A stretch of 64,000 nt of DNA from an uncultured Candidatus Saccharibacteria bacterium (GTDB taxonomy: Bacteria > Patescibacteriota > Minisyncoccia > Portnoybacterales > UBA2143). The notes beneath the pieces are model-generated. The model had not been told where the DNA came from. It was given only the letters and a program-made list of their open reading frames with translations, and did no database searches. This document shows positions 1-9,569 of this stretch, piece by piece (the first letter of the stretch is position 1; every line of letters begins with the position of its first letter). Position numbers and translations under genes: made by a program. The stretch covers positions 1,448-65,447 of the forward strand of contig CAZQLH010000001.1 in NCBI GenBank assembly GCA_964594155.1, given 5' to 3'.

Positions 1-1009
1 TACAACCGTTATTGCAAGATTTTTGCCATTCACAAGAGAAACATTCAGACGGTAAATTGTTTATTCTTTCTACATAACTTAATCTTTCAGCGCTGTTTAA
101 AACTTCAAGGAGTGGTTGTTTAGAAATATCACCTAGTAATAAATCAGGATAACCAGATGACCTATCGCAAGGATAGATTTTGCCATCGTACTCAAGACAA
201 AAATATCCAGCGCAAGATCCATTAAAAGCGCAACTTGAAGGTTTTTTATTAAACATAGCAGAAATGAAATTTTCAATCTCGCGGATTTTAAGCTTGGAGT
301 CATTTTGGGCAAGCCAAAGGTTGATTTGATCTATTAGGAATGTTGTAAGTTGTTTATTTGTAAGACTTTGGCCTGGCATCATCCGATTTTCATTGTTTTT
401 ATCAAGATAGATGTTTGTGCTCCACCCTCTAGCGCCAACAATATTTGTAAAGAAATTGAAATTTTCTTTAGTTTGAGATAAGTTGTCGCTTGTGAGGGTC
501 TGGATAATACCTGGTTTGATGTTGTGGTTACGAAGAATTTTTATTCCTCGCATTATTTGATTAAAACTTCCTTTTCCGTTGTAATTTTTTCGAAATCGAT
601 TATTGCTTTTTTCGTTGCCGTCTAAACTTACACCTACTTTGAAATTATATTCTTTAAAGAACTTAGCCCATTCTTCATTAATTAACGTGGCATTGGTCTG
701 GATGAAATTCTGGATTACTTGATTATTTCTAGTGATTTGTGATTGAATTTCAACTATTCTACGAAAGAAAGACAATCCTGCAAGTAACGGTTCTCCGCCA
801 TGCCAAATGAACATGAAGCGATCTGTAAAAAGTTGCATATACTCTACTAAAAACTTTCTAAGTAATTCATAATTCATGCGACAATTAGTAGATTGGTCTG
901 TTGTACTATAGAAACAATAACCGCAACGAAGATTACAGGAATTGCCGACTATTTTAATAATCGGAATCATTGTTTTAAACGGCGAAGCTAAGATGATAGG
1001 TTTTTTCAT
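1..1009 (-). CDS. radical SAM/SPASM-domain maturase (N-terminal ~336 aa in window; 3' end runs off window start)
   Basis: Minus-strand ORF with ATG at 1009..1007 and a GGAGGTG RBS 8 nt upstream. N-terminal CNLRCGYC (CX3CX2C) radical-SAM cluster motif; C-terminal region is Cys-rich and SPASM-like (CDRSSG..CLSCEWQKSC). Missing from the ORF track because it is edge-truncated. Confidence 0.8.
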   Translation of the reverse strand, partial: MKKPIILASPFKTMIPIIKIVGNSCNLRCGYCFYSTTDQSTNCRMNYELLRKFLVEYMQLFTDRFMFIWHGGEPLLAGLSFFRRIVEIQSQITRNNQVIQNFIQTNATLINEEWAKFFKEYNFKVGVSLDGNEKSNNRFRKNYNGKGSFNQIMRGIKILRNHNIKPGIIQTLTSDNLSQTKENFNFFTNIVGARGWSTNIYLDKNNENRMMPGQSLTNKQLTTFLIDQINLWLAQNDSKLKIREIENFISAMFNKKPSSCAFNGSCAGYFCLEYDGKIYPCDRSSGYPDLLLGDISKQPLLEVLNSAERLSYVERINNLPSECFSCEWQKSCNNGC

Positions 1010-1037
1010 ATTACACCTCCTTTATGTTTGTATTTAA

Positions 1038-1049
1038 ATTTTAATGTGC
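1038..1049. promoter_or_regulatory. perfect 12-nt palindrome TGCAAAATTGCA in divergent promoter region (candidate operator)
   Basis: Seen directly in the intergenic region between the divergent rSAM (-) and ABC exporter (+) genes. Confidence 0.3.
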
Positions 1050-1273
1050 AAAATTGCATCCATTAGCTGCCAAAATTATCTTTTAGAATTCTATCTATAG
1101 TATGGTAAATCATGTTATAAATGTCAATGTTTGTACAGTTTTTTGACTATATTCAAACAATAGAAGATTTTTATCGCTGTACATGACGAGATATAGGCAA
1201 TACACATGATGAGATACATAGGTAACACCTCTAAAATCAAGAAATATGTTAAAAAATATGGTAAGATATTAAT

Positions 1274-3013
1274 ATGGAAATATTTAAAGATTCAAAAATT
1301 ATTTGGCGGTATTTGAGAAAGTATAAAAGAAAAGTTTATTTCATAGCTCTAATTGCTTTAATGGGCTCTTTTGTTAGCGCTGTTATTCCATATATTTATG
1401 GTCGTTTAGTTGATATTGCTGTTGAAGAATCTTCAAGTTTCCAATTAATTGGAGGAATTCTTTTAGGTTGGTTAATTTTGTCTTTATTAGGCAATTGGCT
1501 TGGCCGTATAGCTAGAAATAGAGGAAATCGTGTTTCTATTGACGTTGAAATGGATTTTCGTTTGAAAATAACTAATCATCTTTTGTTTTTGCCTTTAAGC
1601 TTTCATAAGAATGAGAAAATGGGAGAAATTATTCAAAGAGCTAATCGCGGGGCTGGTTTTTTAGATACAATTATTAGCCAAGTTGTTTTTCATCTTGGAC
1701 CAGATTTTTTAACAATTATTGGTTCTTTAATTATTATGGGCTTGGTTGAATGGAGATTAATGATATTTTTATTATTTATTTTATTTTTTTATTTTTTAGC
1801 TACTATTTGGAAAGTAAAACCAATTGTTAAAGCGCAAAAAGAATTAAATAAAATTTATGAAAAATCTTTTGGCGATCTTTATGATTCCATTCTTAATATT
1901 CAAACAGTTAAATCATTTACCAATGAAGAGTTAGAAAGAAAAAAAACAAATAAGAATTTTAGAGATAAAGCTGGTCAAAAGTTTAAGTCTTTTATGGATC
2001 TTTGGCGTATTCTTAATGCTTGGCAGCAAACAATTTTTAGCATAGGATTTGTATTTATTTTTGGCGGAGCTATTTTGTTTTTAAGAAAAGATATTATTAC
2101 TGCTGGCCAATTAGTTATGTTTGTTGGTTATATTAATTTAACATATCGTCCTTTTGCTTCTTTAGCTTATAATTATCGCCAAGTAAGAACTGGGCTAACT
2201 GCCATTCAAAGAGCAGAAAAGCTTCTTAAAGTTAAACCTGAACTTTATCAGAAAGATAAAAAAGAATTAAAGGATATTAAAAGCGAGGTGGAATTTATTA
2301 ATATTAGCTTTAATTACAAAAAAGGCAATCGGGTATTAAAGAATGTTAGCTTTAAAGCTAAATCTGGAGAAATGATTGCTTTGATTGGCGAAAGCGGGGT
2401 TGGTAAAACAACTTTTATTGATTTGATTTCCCGTTACTATATTCCCAAACAAGGGAAAATTTTAATAGATGGACAAGATATTGCTGAAATTAATTTAGAA
2501 TCATTAAGAGAAAATATTGCTGTTGTTCCTCAAGAAGTAACTTTATTTAATGACACAATTAAGAATAATATTAGATATGGGAGGCCTAAAGCTAGTGAAA
2601 AAGAAGTTATTGAAGCGTCTAAAGCGGCTCATGTTCATAATTTTGTTCAAAAGTTTGATAAGAAATATGAGCAATTAGTAGGTGAGCGAGGAATTAAGCT
2701 TTCTACTGGACAAAAACAAAGAGTGGCTATTGCCAGGGCTATCTTGAGAAATCCTAAGATTCTTATTCTTGACGAAGCTACTTCAAGCTTAGATTCGGCT
2801 ACGGAAAAATTAGTTCAAGATGCTTTGAGTTATTTAATTAAAGGAAGAACTACTTTTGTAATTGCTCATCGCTTAAGCACTATTCAAAAAGCTGATCAAA
2901 TTCTTGTTTTAGAAAAAGGCTGTATTGTTGAACAAGGAGATCATCAAGAATTAATTAATAAAGGCGGAGTTTATAAGAAGCTTTCTAAGTTACAATCAAC
3001 TATAATAAGATAA
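1274..3013 (+). CDS. ABC transporter, fused permease/ATP-binding (type I exporter)
   Basis: N-terminal 6-TM region. Walker A GESGVGKTT, ABC signature LSTGQKQRV, Walker B ILILDEATSSLD. Confidence 0.9.
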   Translation: MEIFKDSKIIWRYLRKYKRKVYFIALIALMGSFVSAVIPYIYGRLVDIAVEESSSFQLIGGILLGWLILSLLGNWLGRIARNRGNRVSIDVEMDFRLKITNHLLFLPLSFHKNEKMGEIIQRANRGAGFLDTIISQVVFHLGPDFLTIIGSLIIMGLVEWRLMIFLLFILFFYFLATIWKVKPIVKAQKELNKIYEKSFGDLYDSILNIQTVKSFTNEELERKKTNKNFRDKAGQKFKSFMDLWRILNAWQQTIFSIGFVFIFGGAILFLRKDIITAGQLVMFVGYINLTYRPFASLAYNYRQVRTGLTAIQRAEKLLKVKPELYQKDKKELKDIKSEVEFINISFNYKKGNRVLKNVSFKAKSGEMIALIGESGVGKTTFIDLISRYYIPKQGKILIDGQDIAEINLESLRENIAVVPQEVTLFNDTIKNNIRYGRPKASEKEVIEASKAAHVHNFVQKFDKKYEQLVGERGIKLSTGQKQRVAIARAILRNPKILILDEATSSLDSATEKLVQDALSYLIKGRTTFVIAHRLSTIQKADQILVLEKGCIVEQGDHQELINKGGVYKKLSKLQSTIIR

Positions 3014-3032
3014 GATTTTAAGGAAACAAAAA

Positions 3033-3060
3033 ACCATTGAGTATGGTTTTTTTGTTTTGA
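3033..3060. terminator. bidirectional intrinsic terminator between convergent genes
   Basis: aaaaaaccat-tgagt-atggttttttt hairpin flanked by A/T runs. Confidence 0.6.
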
Positions 3061-3076
3061 CGATAAGCTATATTTT

Positions 3077-3748
3077 TCAAATATATTGGAAGAAAGATTT
3101 AATTAGATTGATGATAGTTTTGTTATTGATAAGTATGCCAGATGATTTGTTTGGAAGAATAATGACTTTATCGTAAATAATAGCAATTCCCTGAAAGGAG
3201 ATAGGAAGTTTTTTTTCTGTGATTTGTATTTTACCCAGGCGTTTTTTAATTTTTTTGTAAATAATCTTTCTTTCTTTTCCGGGCCAGATTTTTTCATTAT
3301 TGATTAAAACATAGATTTTTCTGCTTTTGGTTGTTAATAAATCATCAAACAGAATTTTTATCCCCTTTTTATCTTTATAACTTTTAATTTCTCTTTGATC
3401 GTCTAAAGAATATTTGCTTCGCAAAGTGGCAATAATTCTAATAAATTCCCGTTCTTTTTCTTCTATTTCTTTTTTTTGCCTGCGCAGAATTCCTAAAAGG
3501 TTGTCTGGCGATTCAGCAATAAAGTATCTTTTTCGCTTGTCTTTTGATTCAGAAATAAGGCCTTTTTCTTTTAAGGATTTGATAATCTTATAAGTGGTTG
3601 GCCTGCTTATTTTAGCTTGTTGGGCAATTTTTTGAACAGAAGTATAGCCCAGCTCTAAAGCGGTTAAATAGACTTTGGCTTCTTTTTCACTTAATCCTAA
3701 TTTTCTTAATTCTAACGGCAAAGTTTCCATATGATTATCATATAGCAA
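3077..3748 (-). CDS. TrmB-family HTH transcriptional regulator
   Basis: N-terminal TrmB-type wHTH (LGLSEKEAKVYLTALELGYTSVQKIAQQAKISRPTTYKIIKSL). Confidence 0.7.
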   Translation of the reverse strand: MLYDNHMETLPLELRKLGLSEKEAKVYLTALELGYTSVQKIAQQAKISRPTTYKIIKSLKEKGLISESKDKRKRYFIAESPDNLLGILRRQKKEIEEKEREFIRIIATLRSKYSLDDQREIKSYKDKKGIKILFDDLLTTKSRKIYVLINNEKIWPGKERKIIYKKIKKRLGKIQITEKKLPISFQGIAIIYDKVIILPNKSSGILINNKTIINLIKSFFQYI

Positions 3749-3868
3749 AAAAAAGACATTGACAAGGTTTATTTATATAAGGTATTATAATAAAAGTAAA
3801 TTTGAAGGAAATTTACTATAATTTTTTGTTTTTTAAAAACTAGACAATGAAAGGAGGTGAGAAGAATT

Positions 3869-4030
3869 ATGGTTATCAAAGATGAGGCGCTTCGAGTTTT
3901 GGCCCGTTATGCTTATTGGAGAAAACATTTAGGGTTGCCTCAGAAAAGTGAACAGGTTTTAAATTCTCTTAGTCTTAGTTGTGACGGAGAATGTAAGGCT
4001 TGTTTAGGGCCGTGCTCAGGTGATGATTAA
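3869..4030 (+). CDS. candidate RiPP precursor peptide (53 aa, Cys-rich C-terminus; sacti/ranthipeptide-like)
   Basis: ATG 3869 preceded by AAAGGAGGTG RBS. Translates to MVIKDEALRVLARYAYWRKHLGLPQKSEQVLNSLSLSCDGECKACLGPCSGDD. Ends 60 nt upstream of the radical SAM/SPASM gene at 4091. Not in the ORF track (<60 aa). Confidence 0.55.
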   Translation: MVIKDEALRVLARYAYWRKHLGLPQKSEQVLNSLSLSCDGECKACLGPCSGDD

Positions 4031-4090
4031 AATTAAACTTTGGGAACGTTTCAATAGAGAGGCGTTCCTATTCTTTTAGGAGAGATTGAA

Positions 4091-5185
4091 ATGAAAGATA
4101 GAGATAATAATAACCCTTTTTTTTCTTTGCAATGGCATATAACTTCTAAATGTGATCAACAATGTAAACACTGTTATATGTTTCAGTCTACTGAACTTGC
4201 CAAAAATGAAAAAGATTTGAGTTTTGAAGAGATTATTGAAGTGGTAAAAGATTTTTTAGATACCTGTGAAAAATTGAATGCTAACGCATTCATTGCTTTT
4301 ACTGGAGGTGATCCTCTTTTGAGAGAAGATTTTTTTTCGATTTTGGATTTTATACGCAAAGAAATACATAAACGTGGCATGAAATTTCCTATTATTGATA
4401 TTATGGGAAATCCATTTCATTTAGATTTAGAAACTGCTAAAAACCTAAAGGAAAAAGGAGTAAGACGGTATCAAATAAGTATAGATGGAGTGAGAGAAAA
4501 ACATGATGTACTTAGAAAGAAAGGCAGTTTTCAGGATTCTTTAGAAGCTATTGAAGTACTAAAAAAGACAGGAATAACAACAATTGTGATGTTCACGCTA
4601 AGTAAGTTTAATGCAGTAGATTTTTTTTCTTTAGTTGAACTTTTAGTGAGAGACTGCGAAATAGATATTTTTGCTTTTGCTCGTTTAGTCAGGCCAGAAT
4701 TGATGCCAATTAAAGATTATAGAAAAGTTAGCTTTTCTCCTTTTGAATATAGAGATTTTCTTATAAAAGTAGATTCTTTATACAACACCCTGCACAATGC
4801 CGGTTACAAGACTAAATTTTCCTTAAAAGATCATTTATGGAAGCTGTTTTTATATGAACGAGGTGAATTTACCTTTAATAGTGTAAATGATGGGATTGTT
4901 TATGGTGGATGTGGAATAGGAGTGGCTAATCTTTCTGTTTTATGTGATGGGAAAGTATACGCCTGCAGACGATTTCCAAGCTTGATAGGGAATGTGCCAA
5001 AAGATAAACTAATAGATATATTTTTACAGTCGGAGAAGCTAAATTGTTATCGTGAATTGTCTAATTTCATTAAATGTAAAAAATGTGAATTATTGCAATA
5101 TTGCCGTGGGTGTGGTGCGGTAGCGTATGGTGTTTTTGGTTCATTTTTTGCACCTGATCCTCAATGTTGGAAGAAACTTGATTAA
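4091..5185 (+). CDS. radical SAM/SPASM-domain peptide-modifying enzyme
   Basis: CDQQCKHC (CX3CX2C) motif near the N-terminus. C-terminal SPASM-like CKKCELLQYCRGC and GGCGIG..CDGKVYAC. Confidence 0.85.
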   Translation: MKDRDNNNPFFSLQWHITSKCDQQCKHCYMFQSTELAKNEKDLSFEEIIEVVKDFLDTCEKLNANAFIAFTGGDPLLREDFFSILDFIRKEIHKRGMKFPIIDIMGNPFHLDLETAKNLKEKGVRRYQISIDGVREKHDVLRKKGSFQDSLEAIEVLKKTGITTIVMFTLSKFNAVDFFSLVELLVRDCEIDIFAFARLVRPELMPIKDYRKVSFSPFEYRDFLIKVDSLYNTLHNAGYKTKFSLKDHLWKLFLYERGEFTFNSVNDGIVYGGCGIGVANLSVLCDGKVYACRRFPSLIGNVPKDKLIDIFLQSEKLNCYRELSNFIKCKKCELLQYCRGCGAVAYGVFGSFFAPDPQCWKKLD

Positions 5186-5207
5186 GTCTGTGTTTGTGTT
5201 TTATAAT

Positions 5208-5241
5208 AGAGAGTAGAGATATTTCTACTCTCTTTATTTTT
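5208..5241 (+). terminator. intrinsic terminator-like hairpin after rSAM gene
   Basis: agagagtagag-atatttc-tactctct followed by a T-run. Confidence 0.45.
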
Positions 5242-5847
5242 ATGTTTAAGTTTGCTAAAAAAATAAATAATAAGGTCAAACAATTGGCCTCAAGAATTCC
5301 TAAAAATGGAAAGGTTTTAGATTTAGGTTCAGGTATGGGTGCTAATAGTATTTTTTTATCAGATCAAGGTTTTAAAGTTACTTGCGTGGATAAAGATAAA
5401 GAGGTGATTAATGAAATAAAAAAAAAGTGTCAAGAAATTAATGTTGTATCAGGAAATATTTTAGATTTTGGTTTTCCTGAAAATGAGTATGATTTAATTT
5501 TAATATTGAATGTTTTGCATTTTTTTAGATTTACAGAGGTAAAAATAATAATAGACAAAACAATTAAATCTTTAAGAAAAGGAGGATTAGTTTATCTTGA
5601 GGTTTTCTCTACTAAAGATCCTTCGTATGTTAATTTTATAAAAGTTGCTCAGAAAATTAAAGGAGAAGGTTCGTTTTATAGTAAAAAAATGAAAAGTTTT
5701 GTACATTATTTTACAAAAGAGGAAATTATAAAGCTTTTTTCTGGGAACAAAATTTTAGAAATAGAAGAAAAGATAACAAGAGATAATCATCCGCCCATTG
5801 GCATACACAAACATAGTATTTTTTTTGTAGTGGTCGAAAAAGTTTGA
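5242..5847 (+). CDS. class I SAM-dependent methyltransferase
   Basis: Motif I VLDLGSGMGANSIFL with acidic motif II. Start chosen at ATG 5242; the ORF track's 5194 start lies inside the terminator. Confidence 0.65.
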   Translation: MFKFAKKINNKVKQLASRIPKNGKVLDLGSGMGANSIFLSDQGFKVTCVDKDKEVINEIKKKCQEINVVSGNILDFGFPENEYDLILILNVLHFFRFTEVKIIIDKTIKSLRKGGLVYLEVFSTKDPSYVNFIKVAQKIKGEGSFYSKKMKSFVHYFTKEEIIKLFSGNKILEIEEKITRDNHPPIGIHKHSIFFVVVEKV

Positions 5848-5987
5848 AGGAATGAAAAGTTATTAAAGTAAAATTATCAATATTTTATTGTCAATCATTA
5901 CTTTACAAATAATCATTTAAAACATCGCTTTAATCAAGCGATTTTTGTTTATTTTCGTTCCTGTGGATAATTTTTGTCGGGAAAAAC

Positions 5988-6017
5988 TTGACAAAGGTTT
6001 ATAAAATAGCATATAAT
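5988..6017 (+). promoter_or_regulatory. near-consensus sigma-70 promoter (TTGACA-18-TATAAT)
   Basis: ttgacaaaggtttataaaatagcatataat read directly from sequence. Confidence 0.5.
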
Positions 6018-6061
6018 CATAATATAAAGTTGTCTTTGAAATCATAATTAAGTTTAAAAAT

Positions 6062-6160
6062 ATGGACAACAAAATTATTTTAGCCATTATCATAATAGCA
6101 GTGCCAGTATCATTAACTTTGATAATCTGGTTAATTGGCAAGTATTACAGTAAAGAATAA
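6062..6160 (+). CDS. small hydrophobic peptide (32 aa, single TM) downstream of consensus promoter
   Basis: MDNKIILAIIIIAVPVSLTLIIWLIGKYYSKE. No clear SD; speculative. Confidence 0.3.
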   Translation: MDNKIILAIIIIAVPVSLTLIIWLIGKYYSKE

Positions 6161-6288
6161 AAAGTTATTGAAAGCTAACAAATCAAATCAAAAAGATTAA
6201 GATTTAATCTCCTTGATTCGGTTTGTTAAATAGAGAACCGAGTGGTTCTTTGAAAATATAATACTTGGAGAAAAAAGGGGGTGATGAT

Positions 6289-7320
6289 ATGTTACTGCAT
6301 CCTGGAACTGGGATGGAAAGCCTGAATGATTATAAAGTTCGGGTTGGCAATGGCGGAGTTATAATTACAACTCTTGGAGCAAAGGAATTTAACGGAGAAT
6401 ATAATAAAAGGAATTGGTTGTATGTGCTATTTATGCGACTGGTCAGTATCTGGGCAGCATTGACAAACTTCACTCAAGCTCTTTTTATTAAGGTGTTCAA
6501 AAAAAGGAAAAGTTCTCTTGGGAAAATTCTCTGGGAGATGGGAAGAGACCCAGAACACATTTCTAGTTTTTTTGGCGATCGATTTAGCAGGATTAACCAC
6601 CAGGCTGTAGTTGGAGCTGCAAGTTGGAAATCTCTTGATATTGTTTACAATTATCATGAGAAGATTAAGCCACAGCTTAATGGCGGTGTTGAAGGTTGGT
6701 TAACAAATCATTGGATCGGAAAACTTGAAAACCGTCAGGCTATTGCTAATCGATTGAAAATTATTATTAATCTTTTAACAAAGGCCTTTGCAGAATTTGC
6801 TAATGAGCCGGAAATTAGAATAATTTCACTGGCTTCTGGTTCAGCCCAGGCAGTTATAGAGGCAATGTTAAAGCGTCCTCATTTTAATATTAAAGCAGTT
6901 TTAATTGATATTGACAGAACTGCTTTAGCAGCTGCAAAAGCTTACGCTGAAAAAAATGGGTTAGGAGATAGATTTACCTTTATCAAGGGCACAACTAGAG
7001 TTTTGGAAAAAGTTTGTCAGGAATTTCAACCTCATATTATTGAGATGGTTGGATTTCTTGATTACAGGCCTGATGATAAGGCAATTAAATTAATCAATAA
7101 GATTAAAGACTGCCTGTCTGATAAAGGAATTTTTCTAACCTGCAACATTAACTACAATCGGGAGAAAATCTTTCTTGATTGGGTTATGTTATGGCCCATG
7201 ATTTATAGAAGCGAGGAACAGTTTACAAAATTGCTTCTCAATGGAGGTTTTTTTCCTCAAAATGTTGACATATTTTATGAACCGTTTCAGATTCATGGAA
7301 TTGGAGTATGTCAAAAATAA
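6289..7320 (+). CDS. SAM-dependent methyltransferase-like protein
   Basis: Rossmann-like IISLASGSAQAVIEA..LIDIDRTALAAAKAYAEKNGLGDRFTFIKG. ATG 6289 has a GGGGGTGATGAT RBS, which is preferred over the TTG at 6265. Confidence 0.5.
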   Translation: MLLHPGTGMESLNDYKVRVGNGGVIITTLGAKEFNGEYNKRNWLYVLFMRLVSIWAALTNFTQALFIKVFKKRKSSLGKILWEMGRDPEHISSFFGDRFSRINHQAVVGAASWKSLDIVYNYHEKIKPQLNGGVEGWLTNHWIGKLENRQAIANRLKIIINLLTKAFAEFANEPEIRIISLASGSAQAVIEAMLKRPHFNIKAVLIDIDRTALAAAKAYAEKNGLGDRFTFIKGTTRVLEKVCQEFQPHIIEMVGFLDYRPDDKAIKLINKIKDCLSDKGIFLTCNINYNREKIFLDWVMLWPMIYRSEEQFTKLLLNGGFFPQNVDIFYEPFQIHGIGVCQK

Positions 7321-7383
7321 AAACTTGATAGGCCCTTGAGAAAAATGGTAAAATAAAGCCAGATATTCTCAGGGGTCTTTCTT

Positions 7384-9510
7384 ATGAGTTTTTATGCTAT
7401 CACCGCATTAATAAATGCTATTACTAGTACTATTCTTGGGCTTTTTGTTTATTTTAAAAACAAAAAAGCAAAGATTAATCAAGCTTTTGCTTTGTTTTGT
7501 TTAAGCGCGGCTGTTTGGAGTTACGCTTATTATTTTTGGCAGATAGCTGATAATGCCAATAGCGCTCTTTTCTGGGTTCGGGGATTAATGATAGGAGCTA
7601 TTTTTGGTCCTATTTGTTATTTTTATTTTATTCTTAGACTGCTTAATAAGATTAAAGAAAAGAAAAAATCGCTTATTTTTGGATATTTAGTTTTTTTCTT
7701 TTTCTTTTTAGCTAATTTTACTTCTTTGTTTGTAAAAGGAGTAGGGCCAAAATTAGAGTTTGCTTTTTGGCCAGAGCCAGGCATTCTTTATCATCCGTTT
7801 CTTTTAGCTTGGCTTTTTTATGCGCTTTATGCGGTTTATTTATTATTCAATAAATATTTTTCTTCTTCAGGAATAACACATGCTAAGATTAAATATATTT
7901 TTATAGGAACAATTGTTGGATATTTAGGCGTGGCAACTAATTATTTATTATGGTATGATATTCCTATTCCGCCAATAGGTAATTGGACAGCTACATTTTA
8001 TTTAGCTGCTGTTGCCTACGCCATTCTCAAATACCGTTTGATGGATATCAGGGTGGCGATTAAGAGAAGCACTATTTTTTCCGGAGTTGTTATTATCATC
8101 ACAGCTGTCTATGTTATGGCGGCTTTTTTGTTAGGATTGATATTCTTTGGCGGCGTTTATACCCTTAGAACACAAGTTATTACTGGTTTAATCGTAGCTA
8201 TTCTAACTGCTGTTGGATTTAGGCCGCTGTATGAATGGTTAAAAAGAACAACTGACGCATTTTTATTTAAAGGCGAGTATAAGCCAGAGGAATTAATGTC
8301 TGATGTTTCTGATGTTTTATCCCGGACTTTAGATTTAGATAAGGTTATTAATACTTTAGAAGAACAAATTACTCAAGCCTTGAGATTGGAAAATATAGAA
8401 GTAGTTGTTTTTGGAAAAGAAGGCAGGGAATTGGATAAATTAGCTAATTGTTTTAAAAAACAAAGAGATGTATTGGTCTTAGAAGAATTAAAGAGAAAAC
8501 ATTCAGAAGGAATTTTATCTGGTGAAAATTTTCTCTATATTAAAGAAATGGAAAAACTAAAGGCAGCTTTAGTTGTTCCTTTAACGCTTAAAGAAAGATT
8601 ACTCGGACTTTTTCTTTTAAAAGCTAAGAAGTCCGGGGATATGTTTACTAATGAAGATATTAAAACATTGGAAACAATTGCCGCTCAAGCAGCTATTGCA
8701 ATTGAAAACGCCCGGCTTTATGAAGAGATGAGGGATTTTTCCAAGACGCTTCAAAAAGAAGTTAGATTTCAAACAAAAGAGCTTAGAGGCGCCAATATTA
8801 GATTACAGCAATTAGACAAAGCTAAATCAGAATTTATTTCATTGGCTTCTCATCAGCTAAGAACTCCTTTAAGCATTGTTAAGGGATATATTTCAATGAT
8901 ATTAGAAGGTTCTTGGGGTAAGATTAACAAAGAACAGAAAGGTCAATTAGAAAGGGTTTATTTAAGCAATGAGCGGTTAATTAGATTAGTTGACGACTTA
9001 TTAGCTGTTTCCAGGATTGAGTCAGGCCGTTTAGAGCTTGATTTTAAATCAGTTTCTTTAGAAAAGATGACTAAGAGCGTGATTGAAGAATTTAAGAAAG
9101 TTGCTGATGACAAAGGCCTTTATTTAAAATATATTGAGCCAAAAAAGCCAATTCCTTTAATTAAAATTGATGCTTTGAAAATTAGGCAAGTTGTTCAGAA
9201 TTTAGTTGATAATGCTCTTTTTTATACTAATAAAGGAGGAGCAGTTATTCGGCTTAAAACAGATAAAGACAAAATCATTTTTAGCATTAAAGATACTGGC
9301 ATTGGCGTTTCTGCCAAAGAGCAAGTAACTTTGTTTGAAAAGTTTTCCCGCGGACATGCAGGAGCTAAAATTCATACTGAAGGAACCGGCTTAGGATTGT
9401 ATTTAGCTGCTAAGTTAGTTTCAGCTCATCAAGGCAGAATTTGGGTTAAATCCAAAGGCAAAGACAAAGGCAGCGCCTTCTATTTTGAACTGCCGATAAA
9501 AAGAAAATAA
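7384..9510 (+). CDS. sensor histidine kinase (multi-TM sensor + GAF + HisKA + HATPase)
   Basis: HisKA H-box SHQLRTPL; N/G boxes (DNALFYT, DTGIGV, GTGLGL); GAF-like middle region; N-terminal ~7 TM. Confidence 0.9.
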   Translation: MSFYAITALINAITSTILGLFVYFKNKKAKINQAFALFCLSAAVWSYAYYFWQIADNANSALFWVRGLMIGAIFGPICYFYFILRLLNKIKEKKKSLIFGYLVFFFFFLANFTSLFVKGVGPKLEFAFWPEPGILYHPFLLAWLFYALYAVYLLFNKYFSSSGITHAKIKYIFIGTIVGYLGVATNYLLWYDIPIPPIGNWTATFYLAAVAYAILKYRLMDIRVAIKRSTIFSGVVIIITAVYVMAAFLLGLIFFGGVYTLRTQVITGLIVAILTAVGFRPLYEWLKRTTDAFLFKGEYKPEELMSDVSDVLSRTLDLDKVINTLEEQITQALRLENIEVVVFGKEGRELDKLANCFKKQRDVLVLEELKRKHSEGILSGENFLYIKEMEKLKAALVVPLTLKERLLGLFLLKAKKSGDMFTNEDIKTLETIAAQAAIAIENARLYEEMRDFSKTLQKEVRFQTKELRGANIRLQQLDKAKSEFISLASHQLRTPLSIVKGYISMILEGSWGKINKEQKGQLERVYLSNERLIRLVDDLLAVSRIESGRLELDFKSVSLEKMTKSVIEEFKKVADDKGLYLKYIEPKKPIPLIKIDALKIRQVVQNLVDNALFYTNKGGAVIRLKTDKDKIIFSIKDTGIGVSAKEQVTLFEKFSRGHAGAKIHTEGTGLGLYLAAKLVSAHQGRIWVKSKGKDKGSAFYFELPIKRK

Positions 9511-9569
9511 TTAATTAAAGACCCGTCTATGTCTTAAAAGACTACGGTGTGGCAAAGAAGGAGAAAAAT

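Noticed and set aside
3103-6657. Short overlapping ORFs (3103..3297 -, 4183..4380 -, 5070..5279 -, 6427..6657 -)
   Set aside because: Each lies inside or antisense to a better-supported gene (TrmB, rSAM, MTases).
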